A stretch of DNA of 51,806 bases from Girardia tigrina (GCA_001938485.1 MQRK01246028.1:1-51806), one strand, 5' to 3'; positions 1 to 14,466 are shown, counted from the stretch's first letter. Notes: generated from the letters alone by a model not told the origin. Program-made: numbers and translations.

Positions 1-299
1 TTTTTTTTGTGAAAATTAATTATTGGTAAAAATTTTTATAATTTATTATACACATAAATTATTTTCGTATGTGGAAATTCACGGAAAAAAAATTCGTTGA
101 TTAATGGTCACTACAAATATACTTTTTATTTTTCGTTAATAGACTTACGAATTTTATTTTTTCTGTGGTTATTGTAAGAAGAGTGACCTGATATATTTAA
201 TTTATTTGTTACTCGTTAAAAAACGTTAAATAAATCACTTTGAGTAAATCCCGAGATTTTTTTTAGAAATTATCATATTTGATTAATTATAAAAAAAAG

Positions 300-2360
300 A
301 AAGTAAAGAAAGAGAACAGGTGGATTCCGAAATTGGAAATCGGCTTTAGAAAAGGGAAAATGTTTTCAAAAGCATGAATCTTCTGCTGACCATATCCATG
401 CAATGGAACGATGGAAGGAGAGGCAGCTGCGATGTGAAAGAGGAGAGGAAGTTTGCACTTTGATTAATGAAACACAACTCAAGAACAAACGCTATTATGT
501 CGATGCAATTGTTGACATCGTGAAGTTTCTTGTGACAAATGAATTAGCCTTTCGTGGTGACAGTTTCAGTATAAATGACATTGATGAGGATGAGAAACTT
601 CCAAGTGGTCTCTTTTTACGTCTCTTCGAATACACTGTTAAGAAGAATCCTGATCTGGCTCGAATCATTAAAACAATTCCAACGATTGTTACGTACACAT
701 CACCTAGAATTCAAAATGAAATTATCGCGTTAATGGCATCAATGGTACAAGAGTCAATTGTAAGGAAGTGCAATTCTGTGTACGTCGAAAATTTTACACT
801 GAAGGTGGATAGTACCAAAGATCGAACAGGGACTGAGAATGTGTCGATTGCCATAAGATTTGTCTGAGCAGGACAATCTCAGAAGCACTTAATCTGCATT
901 TCTCGAACAATTTCTCTCAATGGCGATGTAATTTTGACAACTTTAAAAGAGATTCAATTGGATCCTAAAAATATAATTTCTCAATGCTATGATTGAGCCG
1001 CTGTTATGTCTGGACAGCATGGTGGTGTGCAAGGTTTGCTTCAGGAGCGTCTACAAAAAGAAATCCCTTATACCCATTCATTCAACCACAATGTTATTTT
1101 TTTAATAAGAATTACACAATAACTTCGTTTCCCAAAAATATATTTACTAATTAAAACAAATACATAAAAAATGGGAGAATTAATGATGAAATAATTGGAA
1201 CCACATTTAAATAATTTTATATAAATTAATATTTATTTGAATGATTATAATTTTGAATAATAATTTAATAATACTAATATTCTTCCTAACACACAAATTG
1301 CATTTGGTTGTTGTATGTGCTATTTCTGAGTGCAAAAAACTGCAGGATTTCTTCGACACATTCAGAAACTAAAATACATTTTTCTCAAAGCCTAATGTTG
1401 CGGCCATCTATCAAGACGATAAATCGAAGCGGCTCATTGAACATCATTGGACAGGACACCTGCAGACTACACAAGCAATAACAACAAATTATGATACAGT
1501 TGTGGATTTGCTTGAGCTCTGTTCTAATAGAGATTCTCGCTTTTCCATTGATATACATTTGGAAGCTACTGGACTCTTGCATCGAGTCAATGAAGTGGAG
1601 TTTCAGTTCATTGCACACATGGTTCTCTCCTTGCTGACCATCCTCGAACCAGCAAACAATAGCTTGCAGGGTCAAGCAATGTATCTTTGTCATAGAGCGC
1701 ATTCGCAGTCTCTGAAATGAAGAGGAATTCCAAGTTCTTTTTGAGAAATTTGAAGGTAATATTGATATGGGACCGAGACTGAAAAGAAGACGAACTAAGA
1801 TGAACTCACAATTGGAGAATTGTGAGTTGCACATATCACCAGATGTATTACGAAGTCGTTGACAGGACTCTCCTGGAATTAACAAAGCGCTTCAGTGTCA
1901 GTAACAGAAACCTTTCCAAGTCTCTTGCATGTTTAAAGACTAATCACAAAACTTTTTAAATATTGAAGAGATAAAGGCATTAGCGAATTTGTGTGGTGTG
2001 GACCAAAGCAAAACCAAACATGAGTTTGAAACTGCAAAGATATTCCTATTGAAGAGGACTAGTACTGTGTTAAACGTTCATCAGTTAGTGCAAGAACTGT
2101 ACTCTTACCGAGAGGCATTTCCATCTGTGTATCGTCTTGCAGCTTCGGCACTCACTCTCGGTGCTTCAACTGCCACATGTGAGGCGAGTTTTAATAATTT
2201 ATCTCGTGTTCTAACTCCCTTTCGTACATCTATGAACCATTCTCATAAAGCAAACCTTCTATTGCTCTCGTTTGAAAGTGACATCACTAATAACATCAAA
2301 TCTGAGGACTTTATTCGACGGTTTAATGAAATGAAAAATCGTCGACTGCAGTTATTTTGA
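300..2360 (+). pseudogene. Degenerate hAT transposase (ZMYM1/DUF4371-like N-terminal region to hAT C-terminal dimerisation domain)
   Basis: ORF 403-867 has FLVTNELAFRG, YTSPRIQNEII and LKVDSTKDRTGTENVSIAIRFV. Downstream frames give SQCYD*AAVMSGQHGGVQ and YTHSFNHKLHLVVV. ORF 1989-2360 has FPSVYRLAASALTLGASTATCEASFNNL. Many stops and frameshifts. Confidence 0.9.
1092..1291. mobile_element. 200-bp solo-LTR-like insertion in the hAT transposase
   Basis: Ends TGTTA...TAACA, flanked by the 5-bp duplication CACAA (1087-1091, 1292-1296). Removing it restores the codons F-N-H-K-L-H. Confidence 0.85.
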
Positions 2361-2742
2361 GTGACAATAATATTTCATGCATACAATTTCTTAATTCCGT
2401 ATGTAATTGCTGTATTATTTCTATTGGTTAGTACTACACTCATCCTATGTTATAGCAAATCTGTCTGACCGTCTGTACTCTCTATGTTCAATTGTTCATC
2501 GTGCAAACATAATAAAATATGCAGCTACTGAAATTAATTTTTGTCTTTATTTCGGAAAAATGTACGAAAATCATTTCCTATAGGCAATAATGCCGCAAAA
2601 TAATGTCCAGATAAAAGGTCTATTTTGTTTTCCTTAATCATTCGAAATTTAAACATTCAGACTGTGTGTTTTCAAAAAGTATTCATTTATTACACGAGAA
2701 TTACTGCCCCCCTTAATAAGAGTCTGGGCCCCCAACAAAAGG

Positions 2743-3480
2743 TGTCACGGTACGGGCTGATTCTCTGTAACTATTGTGTAACAGTCGTTGTATGCTGTCG
2801 GTCGGGTTCTGTCAGTTGTTTATTCCAGTTGTCATTCTAAGACGGGTGATACGCTTATCTGTGACTGTCATTCGAAACAGTTATTCGGGAGGATGTTTAT
2901 TTCAGTCACCATATGTTATTGTGCGGCGGCTTCAACGATTTTTGTCCATGATGGATTACTGTGTTCAACCGACGGGTATCTACTGTATCGTAACTGCTCT
3001 CCACCACCCTCCTAGATATGGTAATTATTTATTCTAAGCGAACAGTTTCTTACTGACTATTTCAATAGGTCGAGATGTCTGACGCCGATTAACCACTGGG
3101 ACTTGTATCGGTTGTTTATCTTCGATGCAACCTATTATAGCTCTCGGGTCTGTTGCCGATTATGCAAGACCATCTGTGACCTACTGTAATAGCTGGAAAT
3201 CATATGACGGCTGCATCATAATGATTCACGTTCCGTCTGCACTCTTGGGAAATTAATTTTCCTTAATTAATTAATTATATTTTGAAATTTCATTTGTATT
3301 GCAGGGTCCCCAAGGGTCATCACCAGACTTGAAAGCGTATGGATTCCGGCACCGTCTGACGTGATGCCTCTGGGCCTTCCGGTTCTTAGGGTTAATAGTG
3401 TTGGATGGGGCCTATCTAAACTTACTGGGAATAGTCGAGTTAGACTATCCCATTTCTCTTTTCCCAATCCCCGCAAAAGA
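2743..3480 (+). mobile_element. LTR-like fragment (right boundary uncertain)
   Basis: Starts TGTCACG, abruptly after hAT subterminal-like sequence. The segment at ~3370-3418 (GGGCCTTCCGGTTC...ATGGGGCC) resembles the motif in the LTR-like copies at 15.6, 19.8 and 51.1 kb. Confidence 0.5.
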
Positions 3481-6400
3481 TCAGATCGCAACAAATTTTT
3501 TTATCAATTTTCAACAAAAAAAATACATGAAACAATTTACCGAGTACAGGAATTATTTTTTTGAAACAAAACTTAATAATCAATATATGAATACAAAAAA
3601 TGTAACAATGGTGAATAGTATTCATCTTCCCGATAACGATTAACAATATTTTTTTCTTAAAACAAGTAAAAACAAACTTTTTACAAAAAATATAAACAAT
3701 TTAATATATATTATTCTTTTTAATAAATCTGGAACATACTTAGTTTCGTAAAAGATATATCTAAACTTTATATTTTAAAGTTTCCCATTAACCGTAGTTG
3801 ATAAAATCTTAATATATTAAAATAATAATTTTAATTTATCACTGATAAAGGTTTTCAAACGGTGATTTGTAAAGCAACCTAAGTATTACATTACACATTT
3901 AGTATATTTGTTATATTTGGCGAAAATACCTGTAATTTGTATATATTAAATATATACATTCTAAAATCCAAGTCTTTAGCGTTCTCATTCATTTCATTAA
4001 CTAATCTAATTTACAGAATTATAACTTTTGAGATTTGAAATGAAATTTTTTGTAATCACCCAAAATTCATTAGTATGTTTTTATATTTATTCTGACACAT
4101 AAGTCCAGTTTGGGAGCAATGCCGTTTGGGTCACTACCACCAAATGGTTGATCCCCAACTGCATGTAAGTAAAAACAATAAAAATGTAGATAGGAAGTAG
4201 AAACGAATTCGTATTTTTGTAATCATTTTCTTTTAATTAATTTAAATATTGATTATTTTTAATTTCAATTAACCAGAAATAATTATAATAATTTATTTTA
4301 TGATTTAATTTTAATTAGTTTCCTTTAAAAAATAGATAAGTATTTTCTAATTAAAATTTTAAGTTTAGTTTTTTTTCAATTTGTGATTTAATTTTTCACA
4401 ACATAATTCAAATCTCGTCCAAACGAACAATTCCCTAACAGACGAAATTCAATCAACAATTCTCAATTATCGAAGCATTCGGAATTTTTAGAGTACATCC
4501 ATTAACTAAATTAAAACTATTTCAAACTTAGCCATTCCACATCAGATCATACTTTGTTAATCGAATTTATTACTAACAAAGATTCTAATCTTACCCCAAG
4601 TATTTACTTTAATTAACCTTTTCTTCTACTCAAATCTGTTGTTTATGTAATAACTTTTTTGACCTCTTCACTTTACTTTGCTGTAAAAATAATTCTGTTT
4701 ATTTATTCATTACTTGTTAAAGAACTTTTCAATTAATTTTTTTGCACTTGCATTTTTATTGAGTTAGATGTGATTACATTACTTAAAAGTGACCAAACCA
4801 ACTATTAAATTTAGAAATACCAAAGGCGATTTCAGAAAAACAACTGAAAATTTCCACTCGGAAAAGGGAGAAACAGAGGAAATTAGAATTCAGAAGAGTA
4901 TCAGACAGCAATCAAAAGGTCAACAAATCGAGCTGATGGAAAGAGAGATTTTGAACATGAAAAAAACGAATACTGTCAAGACAACGATAAACCGATCTTG
5001 GCATGTCATTGTGTTTTTTCGAGCAGAAACCAAACCATGTAAATTTTATATATAGAAGTGATAAATTTATTAATATAAATAAATGTAATAATTTAAATAA
5101 GTATAATCAATTTGGTGGAAGAGCGAGCGCAGCACGGTCGCAGCTCCCGATTGTCCGGGTGGTTGTTGGTCGACGGGTTTCTTAGTGTACATACATTTTA
5201 GTGTACATAAAATTCTCAGAAAATTTCTTCTAAAAAGAAAAAGATTGATTTAGTTAAACTTTAATTAAACATTAAGTTCAATGTGATATGTGGAAATGAA
5301 TTAATGAAATAACAAAGTTTGTTTAAATAATATCGAATTGTGGTGAATTTAAATATAGCTTGACATTTGCAGTCTTATGGGTTGTTATTAATTATTTATT
5401 ATTATCAGTGTTACATGATAATTACAATATTAAATTAATCTATTTCTTATTAAATGGGTTCGTAAATTTCCTAATTAAATTTCAATCAGAATTTGAAATC
5501 AATATCATAGTTGCGAGTAAAAAAATTAATCAATCTATTATTGAATGCTTTTATAAATTCTAATGTAATTGGAGAATTTAAATCAGAATAAATTAAGTCG
5601 TAAAATTTATTATATAAATCTCTTTTTCAATTTTTTTTCTCGCATACTTGGATATTCAATAAATTGGATTAGCAAATTATATTAAAATGAAAAATCATCA
5701 TAAAAAATTATTTAAGCAAAAAATTGTAAAATAAAGTTAAACTTACTTTGTAAATAATTTTAAATCAATGTGATGAAAAATGTATAAAGGATGTCATGTC
5801 AACAAATATATATTAGTTCCCCAATTTTATAATTCTCATTCAAATAAAATATATGAAAAAATGTATTTTATCGAGCAGGTTTAAGCTTATTATTTTATAT
5901 GAGTTCAACCAAATGGATGAATGGTTAGATGGCGGCCCACATACAGTTAATCGAGAACCATCTCGTTTTAATGGGAATTTTATTATTATTGAACATTCAC
6001 ATTCCAGTTCCTGTTCCAGATCAAGTTCGAGCAATGAGAGGAGGAAGGATCCATCCAACGTTTCTGTCCGAGATGCATCTCGACCCTGTTTGTGACATAG
6101 TTTCAGCCATATCTTCTCGAGTCCAGTTAACTCGGTGACATCTTGCCAAACACACAATGTTCTGCCAGATTCCATTAATGACAAACGATGAAAATTACGA
6201 TCGTCTCATGTTACGGTACCCACAATTTATAAAAGGGACTGTGAGGAATATTTTAAATTTGGTAAGTTTAGTATTTGGAAATGTGTTTCTCCCACCCAGA
6301 TGGAAAATTGATATTTTGGATGTTCGTGATGAATAGTTATTCGAGCATAAATTGCCTTTTAAAATATTTAATCGTTTTAAATTTTAATATCAAAAATTTA

Positions 6401-9038
6401 AAAAAAGTAAATAACTTCTAACTAATTTTTATATTGAGTGAATTAATGTTTTTTCCTTAAATAAAATCATTTTTACAATAAAGTAATGTTTAGATAAAAT
6501 TATTACCTAAATTATAAAATTAGAACTTTAAAAATAAAATCTGAAAATAATGAAAATTTGTTCGATTAATTGTTTATTAACAAGACATTAACACAAATTT
6601 ATTAATTTAGTAAGATGTCAAATTATGAAAGTTTTGTTGAGAATTGTTCAAAAGACAATTCAAATTGTGATGAAAATAAAGTTGTGAAAACCCATATTGG
6701 TGTTCTTAATAGGGGCAAATAATTATTTTTATCTCACTCAAAAGATCGCACAGATACTGCTCATCATCTTTAATCGGTTATTCTGATCGAGTTATTTCAT
6801 TTACATTAAGAAGACTTTCATCTCGATTTTCCTTTTGGAAAAATGTAGGAAACGAGAGAAACTATCGGTTTAATTAGATTCATTTTACGATCGACTAATA
6901 AAATATCATTTGTTGGCTTCATAATTGAATTGAATTTTAAGCATATATATCTGGAAAGGTTGAAATGATTATTATTAATTTTTCGAGAAAATAAGTAAAT
7001 TTAAACGCCTTCAACAGATTTGCCATAAAACTTTACATCGTCAAAAATGGGATAACAATAAGTGAGGAAAATTTCTTTGATAAGAACATTGCCATATAAG
7101 GCTTCAAGATTACAGCTGATATCATTTAATTCTAAAAATTTCCCGTTTTTAATCAATTCAATTAATATTTCAGATGGGCCATGACTAATATTGGTGTTAG
7201 AAACTTCTCTACTTATACTAAACCTGGTAAATTTTGAATTGTAGTCATTTGAACACGCATCTTGTTTATTTGTTACAATTTGACAGCCCATAGCTAGTTC
7301 AACACTCCAGCTATTGGGTCCAACGATTCCCATTATGCAAACTCCAAGATAATATACAGGTACTTGATAAGACCCAATTGGAAAAACATCAGTCAGATAA
7401 TTAAGTGTTTCTCAATAAAAGTCAAATTTTCCGTCAAGCCTTTGGAAAGAAATTGTTTATCCTCTATTTTAACAAATTCACCACGTCTGACAATATCATT
7501 ATATTTGAATTCAAGCAATAACGAACAATTCATCATAATTTTATTTCAAAAACAAAAATGCTCGATCTCACAACTTCCTCAAAATTATAGCAGTTTTTCA
7601 CAATTAATCAAACTGTTTTGGTAATGTCGTAGTCTTAGCTGTTATCTTAGACAGAAAATTAAACCACAAACAATAAAAGATAAAAAGAAATAATGTTCGA
7701 GAACTGGGTATTAATTTAAAGTATGAAGAGTAGATGGATTTGGTAGGTTAAATAATTAAGGGTTATCTGATTGTGAACACCACAAATAAAGAACTATATA
7801 ATCAATAATAATAAAATATATTAATTATTTTATATTAACTAAGTTTATTGAACCAGAATAATATATAAGTACTAGACAACTAAATAATCAACGAGGTAGA
7901 TAGTTCAAATAAATTTTGTGATAAATGTCTACACTTAGGATAGAATTTCTCGAGGAATATATTTTTTTAAGTTTATAATTGATCTTTGGCTATCTTTATT
8001 CGCGAAATATAGGAAATAAAATGATATACGAATTGTATTAGTAACTTCGTACGGGTAATGGAATGTATCAAAATTATTGGGTTGATATTAGAGATAAATC
8101 GAATCGTTATCTTCAAATATCTGATCGGCAAATGTAGATAAAATAGAGTAATTTTACCTGATATCGGGGATGTTCAATTAACAATCAACTATAAATTAGA
8201 ATATTATTTGAGAAAATTTGAGAGATACCGGAAAAGAAATAGAGTTCATAGCTTCATCAAATATCATTTAGCATTTGTTCATTGATTTTTTTATTTGTAT
8301 TTTGGTTCTATATATCTTGATACTTAATATGTTATCGTTTTAAATTTTCTTTTTGTAAATTTCCAAAAAGTTTGCTAACATATAAGATTCGGTATAGACG
8401 CGTCGATGCTCAGATAAATGATGAAAGCGTCTTTCTCTGTTTGCAAATTGTAAGAAACGGGAATCATGATCAATGAATTCTGTCAATCCTGTGATACGTC
8501 AAAAAAATTAAATATTGTCCAACAACGTTTTTAGAAATCGATTAGTTTTAATAAATTCAGTTTCCATTTTTGTTTTTAATATGAATGACGGTTAATTATA
8601 TGATTTGACGAACGATTTTATCGAATTATTTTCGTTGGAAGAAATTATCGATTATATTTTCCTCCAACTGAGGCATTTATGACAATAATTAAAAGCACAC
8701 ACTCAAAAAATTCAAACGAACCAATCAGGTCTAACAACGTAAAAAAACACGTAAAAAACTGGCCAATCACAACGACCTTTAGATAATCACCCCAAATTGA
8801 TTACTATTCAATTTGCTTTTAAATATTATTAAATTAATATTTTTTTCTATTTAATTATTATTTTTCATTTTATTTGTTTAGTTATTTATTTTAATTATTT
8901 TTTTGTTTATTTAAAATATGGAAGAATATTTTACAACAAAATACAATACTACAAATAACATCAAATTTTCCAAACTGATATAAAAAATTATGGAAACATT
9001 TTTTCGATAGAATTTTTTTGCAGTTAAATCATTGAATA

Positions 9039-9740
9039 CCGTAAATTCCGGACTATAAGCCGCACTTAAAAACCTGAAATGAGTCATAATTTAAGAGTCT
9101 ATTGCGGCTTATACGTTAATGTTTTAAGTGCTCAAAAAAATATTTTAAAATAATTTAAATATTTGTTTAAATATTCTTTAAACAAGTCTTAATTCAAAAT
9201 TTTTTACGGTATATTTTTATTTTACGGTTAGTTTACGTTATAATAAATTATTTCAATTTTAGCCATGATCCGATCTTCATATACCTCAAAGTGGAAATTA
9301 AGAGCAATTAAATTAGCTCAATCAAATGGAAATCGTAAAGCTGCATTAGAACTCAATGTCAATGAGTCAATGATCAGAAGATGGAGAAAGCAAGAAGATG
9401 AGTTGAGACAAGTTAAAAAAATCTCGTAAGAGCTTTCGTGGAAACACTCCAAGATGGGCACATCTTGAAGATGATCTTAAGAATTGGGTCTATGAAATGA
9501 GATCAGTTGGTAGAAGCATTGCAACGGTCTCTATACGGCTCAAAGCCAAGACAATAGCTAAAGAATTGTGAATTATGAATTTCTCAGGAGGACAATCTTG
9601 GTGCACCAGATTCATGAAACGAAATAATCTTTCGATTCGGTGCAAAACGACATTAGCCCAACGCGTTCCGGCAGATTTTGAAGAAAAGGCCAGCATATTC
9701 CGTGAGTTTTGTCAAACAAAAATTACAGAGAAGAATATAC
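9039..9740 (+). mobile_element. 5' part of a pogo/Tigger (POGK-like) DNA transposon
   Basis: TA followed by TIR-like CCGTAAATTCCGGACTATAAGCCGCA. From ATG 9265: RSSYTSKWKLRAIKLAQSNGNRKAALELNVNESMIRRWRKQ (Brinker-type HTH), then CENP-B-type HTH ...GGQSWCTRFMKRNNLSIRCKTTLAQ. Frameshift and stop present; truncated before the DDE domain. Confidence 0.88.
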
Positions 9741-12384
9741 ATCATTATAAAGAATTAAAACTGAGAGGAACAACTGAAACCAAAGATATAAAAAGAGTAG
9801 TTACCAATATGTACGAACTACGTAAAATGGAAAGTGAGGAAACAGTGGCAGCGTATACGACGGTAAATAAACAAGATAATTGTAAAACCGTAACTAGACG
9901 CAAAGCTGTACACAACGAAAGAACCCGACATAGACATTACGAACACAACAATAGGAACCAAGGAAATAAAGAATTCAAACTGAAAAACAATTATTACAGA
10001 ACTGTAAAATGTTATGCATGTCAAGAAGAAGGCCACATAAGAAGAGATTGCCAAAATGTGAAGTGTACTCATTGCAACAATGTTATCTCAACAAGAATAG
10101 ATTTAAGGAAAGAGAACAGTACAGTAGAAACAGCGATTGGAAGAGAAAAAATAATGCAGGATACCATAATAGACCTCAAAATCGTCAATACCCAGTTGCG
10201 GAATTGATGAATGCAATGACGACAGCGAATACGAAGAGACTAGATCAAATTAAGGAAAGTTAACTAAAAGGGTCTTCCCAGATAAGAGACAAAGGTATGA
10301 AAATGATCATGGAAATGAGGAGGCACGATCACAAGGAGAGGTGATCAATGTGCTTCATTAAGTGATAAAAATAAGTATGATGGTGTATGTAATTGTGTAT
10401 GTGAATGTGTGTGTGTTTGTATATGTAATTGCATGACTGGAAATAACCCCCTCGAAGTTTGTAAATTTGATTGTTGGAAAGAAGAATGTGAATGAAACTG
10501 TTTTAGTAGTGAAATGGAAGAAAAAAGAAACAAAACGAAGAATGAAGAAATTTTAAAAATAACAAAGCTTAACATTAAATAGGACAAACTGGATAGTAGA
10601 CCAAGTATAGATTTTTACATTAAAGATAGAGAAGTACACTGTCTTTTAGACACCGGTGCTAGAGTAAATGTGATTGACTTAAGTTTAATTAAAAACATAC
10701 CATATTAGGATTACAGAATCGCGAAGACGTTTAGCATGCGCAAATGTTTCGGAATTAATAAATTATGGGACAGTACTCTTGACGATTAAAATTGAAGGGA
10801 ACTAAAAAAATATAAAATTCTATGTTGTCAAAGGAATGAACCCAAGAAATGATAGCAGGAGTGGACTTTTTGGATAATTTTGGGATAAAGCTTATTTAGA
10901 AATCAATACAAAATAGTGATGTATTTATGATAAAGGATAGTCCATCGGATGAAGACAGTTTGAAAAGGATAACGGAGGTACGGTCAATGATCAGATGATG
11001 AACATGATAAAATAGTTTAAGTCGATATTCATGGCAGATAAATGAGATATTGGGAAAACATCATTGACGAAACACAAAATGGAAACTAATGGTGAACCGG
11101 TGTTAGTAAAGCCGTATAGACAACCAATGCATTTTGATGAAAAATTAGACGAAGTTATTAAAAATTTTGAAGAAAATGATATAATCGAAAAATGTAGTTC
11201 ACCATGGAACTTTCGATTGGTATGCGTCTGGAATAGCAGCCGCTCCGGTCACCTTTCAAGAACTAATGGTAAAAATTCTTGGGGAATTGAACTGGAAGGA
11301 AGCAGCCGTATATCTAGATGATATCTTGATATTTTCTAAAGGTAAGAAAGAACATCTACAAAGAATAAAGAATGTGTTTCAAAAAATCAATCAGGTTTGA
11401 GGATAAATCCAGATAAATGTCGATTTCTAGTAGAAAAGACCAAGTTTTTGGGCTACGTAATAAGTAAAGATGGTATAAAAACTGATAAAACAAAGATTGA
11501 TGCGATTAACAAGTTTCAAAACCCATCATGTATTAAACATCTAATGAGCTTCTTGGGTTTGACAAATTATTACAGAAAATTCATAAAAGATTATGTAAGA
11601 TATGCGAAAATTTTAGAAGGCATGTGTGGAAAAAACAAGGATAAGAAAATAATATGGACAAAAGAATGTGATGAAGCTTTTCTGAGATTAAAAGAAAAAA
11701 GGGTTCAAACTCCAATCTTGGCTTATCCAGACTTCGATAAAGAATATATATTGGACACAAATGCAAGTTTCGATACGATTGGACAATACTGTCACAAAAA
11801 GACTCGAGTGGAAGAGAGAGTTATTGCATATGGTTCTCATAAAATGAATAAACATGAACTTGGTTATTGCATTACCAGAAAAGAATTACTAGCAATATAT
11901 TATTTCACTCAGCATTTTAAGCATTTCTTATATGGGAAAAGATTCTTGTTGCGAACAGACCACAAAGCTATAACGATTATGATGACCACAAAGAACTCAA
12001 TAACACAGCAATTTCAAACATGGATAAATNTTCTCAGCGGTCTTGATATGAGAATGGAATACAGGAAAGGTGAAAGACATTCAAATGCAGATGCTATGTC
12101 GAGAAACTCTTGCGAATTATGTAGTCAATGCCAAACAACACATGAAGAAGCGAAAGGAAAGATAAAAACTCGAATTCTAGCGCTACACGAAGAACCAAAT
12201 AGTTTCAAATGGCAGAATGACAATGAAGAAATCGAACAAATCAAGAAAGATTTGAAACAAGGAAGAACAAATAAATGTAAACTGAAAGATGACATCGTGG
12301 CAACGGAAAATAATAAGTACTGGATCCCGAGAACAAATAGAACCGATTTTATTGAAGATATGCATAAGATGTTATGTCATGCTG
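9741..12384 (+). mobile_element. Decayed Ty3/Gypsy LTR retrotransposon gag-pol (runs into gap)
   Basis: Zinc knuckle CYACQEEGHIRRDC. Gag end GNEEARSQGEVINVLH* (10361). Protease LLDTGARVNVI (~10645). RT motifs KPYRQP, GIAAAPVTFQELM, YLDDILIFS, FLGYVIS. RNase H LDTNAS, ELLAI, LRTDHKA, NADAMSR. Start of the integrase Zn finger (HKMLCHA). Domain order PR-RT-RH-IN. Confidence 0.95.
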
Positions 12385-14466
12385 NNNNNNNNNNNNNNNN
12401 NNNNNNNNNNNNNNNNNNNNNNNNNNNNNNNNNNNNNNNNNNNNNNNNNNNNNNNNNNNNNNNNNNNNNNNNNNNNNNNNNNNNNNNNNNNNNNNNNNNN
12501 NNNNNNNNNNNNNNNNNNNNNNNNNNNNNNNNNNNNNNNNNNNNNNNNNNNNNNNNNNNNNNNNNNNNNNNNNNNNNNNNNNNNNNNNNNNNNNNNNNNN
12601 NNNNNNNNNNNNNNNNNNNNNNNNNNNNNNNNNNNNNNNNNNNNNNNNNNNNNNNNNNNNNNNNNNNNNNNNNNNNNNNNNNNNNNNNNNNNNNNNNNNN
12701 NNNNNNNNNNNNNNNNNNNNNNNNNNNNNNNNNNNNNNNNNNNNNNNNNNNNNNNNNNNNNNNNNNNNNNNNNNNNNNNNNNNNNNNNNNNNNNNNNNNN
12801 NNNNNNNNNNNNNNNNNNNNNNNNNNNNNNNNNNNNNNNNNNNNNNNNNNNNNNNNNNNNNNNNNNNNNNNNNNNNNNNNNNNNNNNNNNNNNNNNNNNN
12901 NNNNNNNNNNNNNNNNNNNNNNNNNNNNNNNNNNNNNNNNNNNNNNNNNNNNNNNNNNNNNNNNNNNNNNNNNNNNNNNNNNNNNNNNNNNNNNNNNNNN
13001 NNNNNNNNNNNNNNNNNNNNNNNNNNNNNNNNNNNNNNNNNNNNNNNNNNNNNNNNNNNNNNNNNNNNNNNNNNNNNNNNNNNNNNNNNNNNNNNNNNNN
13101 NNNNNNNNNNNNNNNNNNNNNNNNNNNNNNNNNNNNNNNNNNNNNNNNNNNNNNNNNNNNNNNNNNNNNNNNNNNNNNNNNNNNNNNNNNNNNNNNNNNN
13201 NNNNNNNNNNNNNNNNNNNNNNNNNNNNNNNNNNNNNNNNNNNNNNNNNNNNNNNNNNNNNNNNNNNNNNNNNNNNNNNNNNNNNNNNNNNNNNNNNNNN
13301 NNNNNNNNNNNNNNNNNNNNNNNNNNNNNNNATGTTTATTGATTGATTATTTGAATCTAATGAAATTAATTTAATGATATTAATTTTAAGTACTAATTAA
13401 TTAAAGTTTGATAATTATGAATTTTAATAATATTTTCAGTAAACGATTATAACGATTTTTTAATATTTTAAAAAATAATGTTTATTTAAAAAATTACGTA
13501 ATGTCTTTTTATCCAATAAAATTATGAGAAATTAAAATTTAATATTAGAATTTCCCATTTATTGTTTTTTAGATTTGAATACATTAACAAAAAACTATAT
13601 CAATTAAAGAAATATGACCTCTGAAAATTGTTGTGAAGAATCTGTTTGTGTTGTCAATAAATGTTTGCATTCAAATTGTGATGTTGTTAATAAATAATAC
13701 GAAGTTATTAAGTACTATTTATTACTATTTATAATTTCATTTAAAAAAAAATTCATAGTAAATAAATTATAATTTTATTTAAACTTCATAATAAATTTAA
13801 ATTTTTATAAATTAATTATTTTATATTATATTTTCTTTAAAAATTTTTTTGTCACGCACCGTGTACCATCGTCATGCACAGTGCGTTAACCACGCCTTAT
13901 TCCTTTTTTCACGTTCGACCACGTGTTTTTTATCTTTTTCATATACAATACGCTATACGCCACGCGTTTAATTTTTCATATTTAAACGCAATATTTTACA
14001 GCATAAGTGATTTCAATTAAAAAACTCTTCAGCTACGAACAAAAAGACTCCAATTTTGCGTTGATTTTATGCGCTACTCGAATTATTTTTTGTCAGTTTG
14101 CGTTGAATTTATTATACGAGATCAGTTACCAATTCGCGTTGATCATTCCGCAGCTTTAAATTATATTGTTTGAGATCCATTGCCCTTGACGAGGAGATTG
14201 ATTTTTCTTATCGGTGATGATATATATCCGTAATTTGATTAAACTGTACTTTTAAATAAAATATTTCAAATTTTATAAAATCAATAATTAATAATACTAT
14301 ATCAAAATAATAATCGTTATATTATTAATCTGATAGACGCTTTGAAACGGAGATTTCGAAGCGCTCTAAATACCGCATAACACAAAGGTAATTATTTTAT
14401 TTATTTGACTTGCATTCTTGTAAAATATTGTTATATATAAATATATTGTTGTATATTAAATATTGT

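Noticed and set aside
1385-1885. 166-aa minus-strand ORF and similar antisense ORFs over TE genes (e.g. 9818-10072, 26743-26973, 32899-33129)
   Set aside because: Shadow frames of recognisable genes on the opposite strand, with no motifs of their own.
5115-5190. GC-rich patch ending CGACGGGTTTCTTAGT as a Helitron 3' end or small RNA
   Set aside because: No clear terminal hairpin or exact CTRR end, and no linked Helitron sequence; too weak to call.
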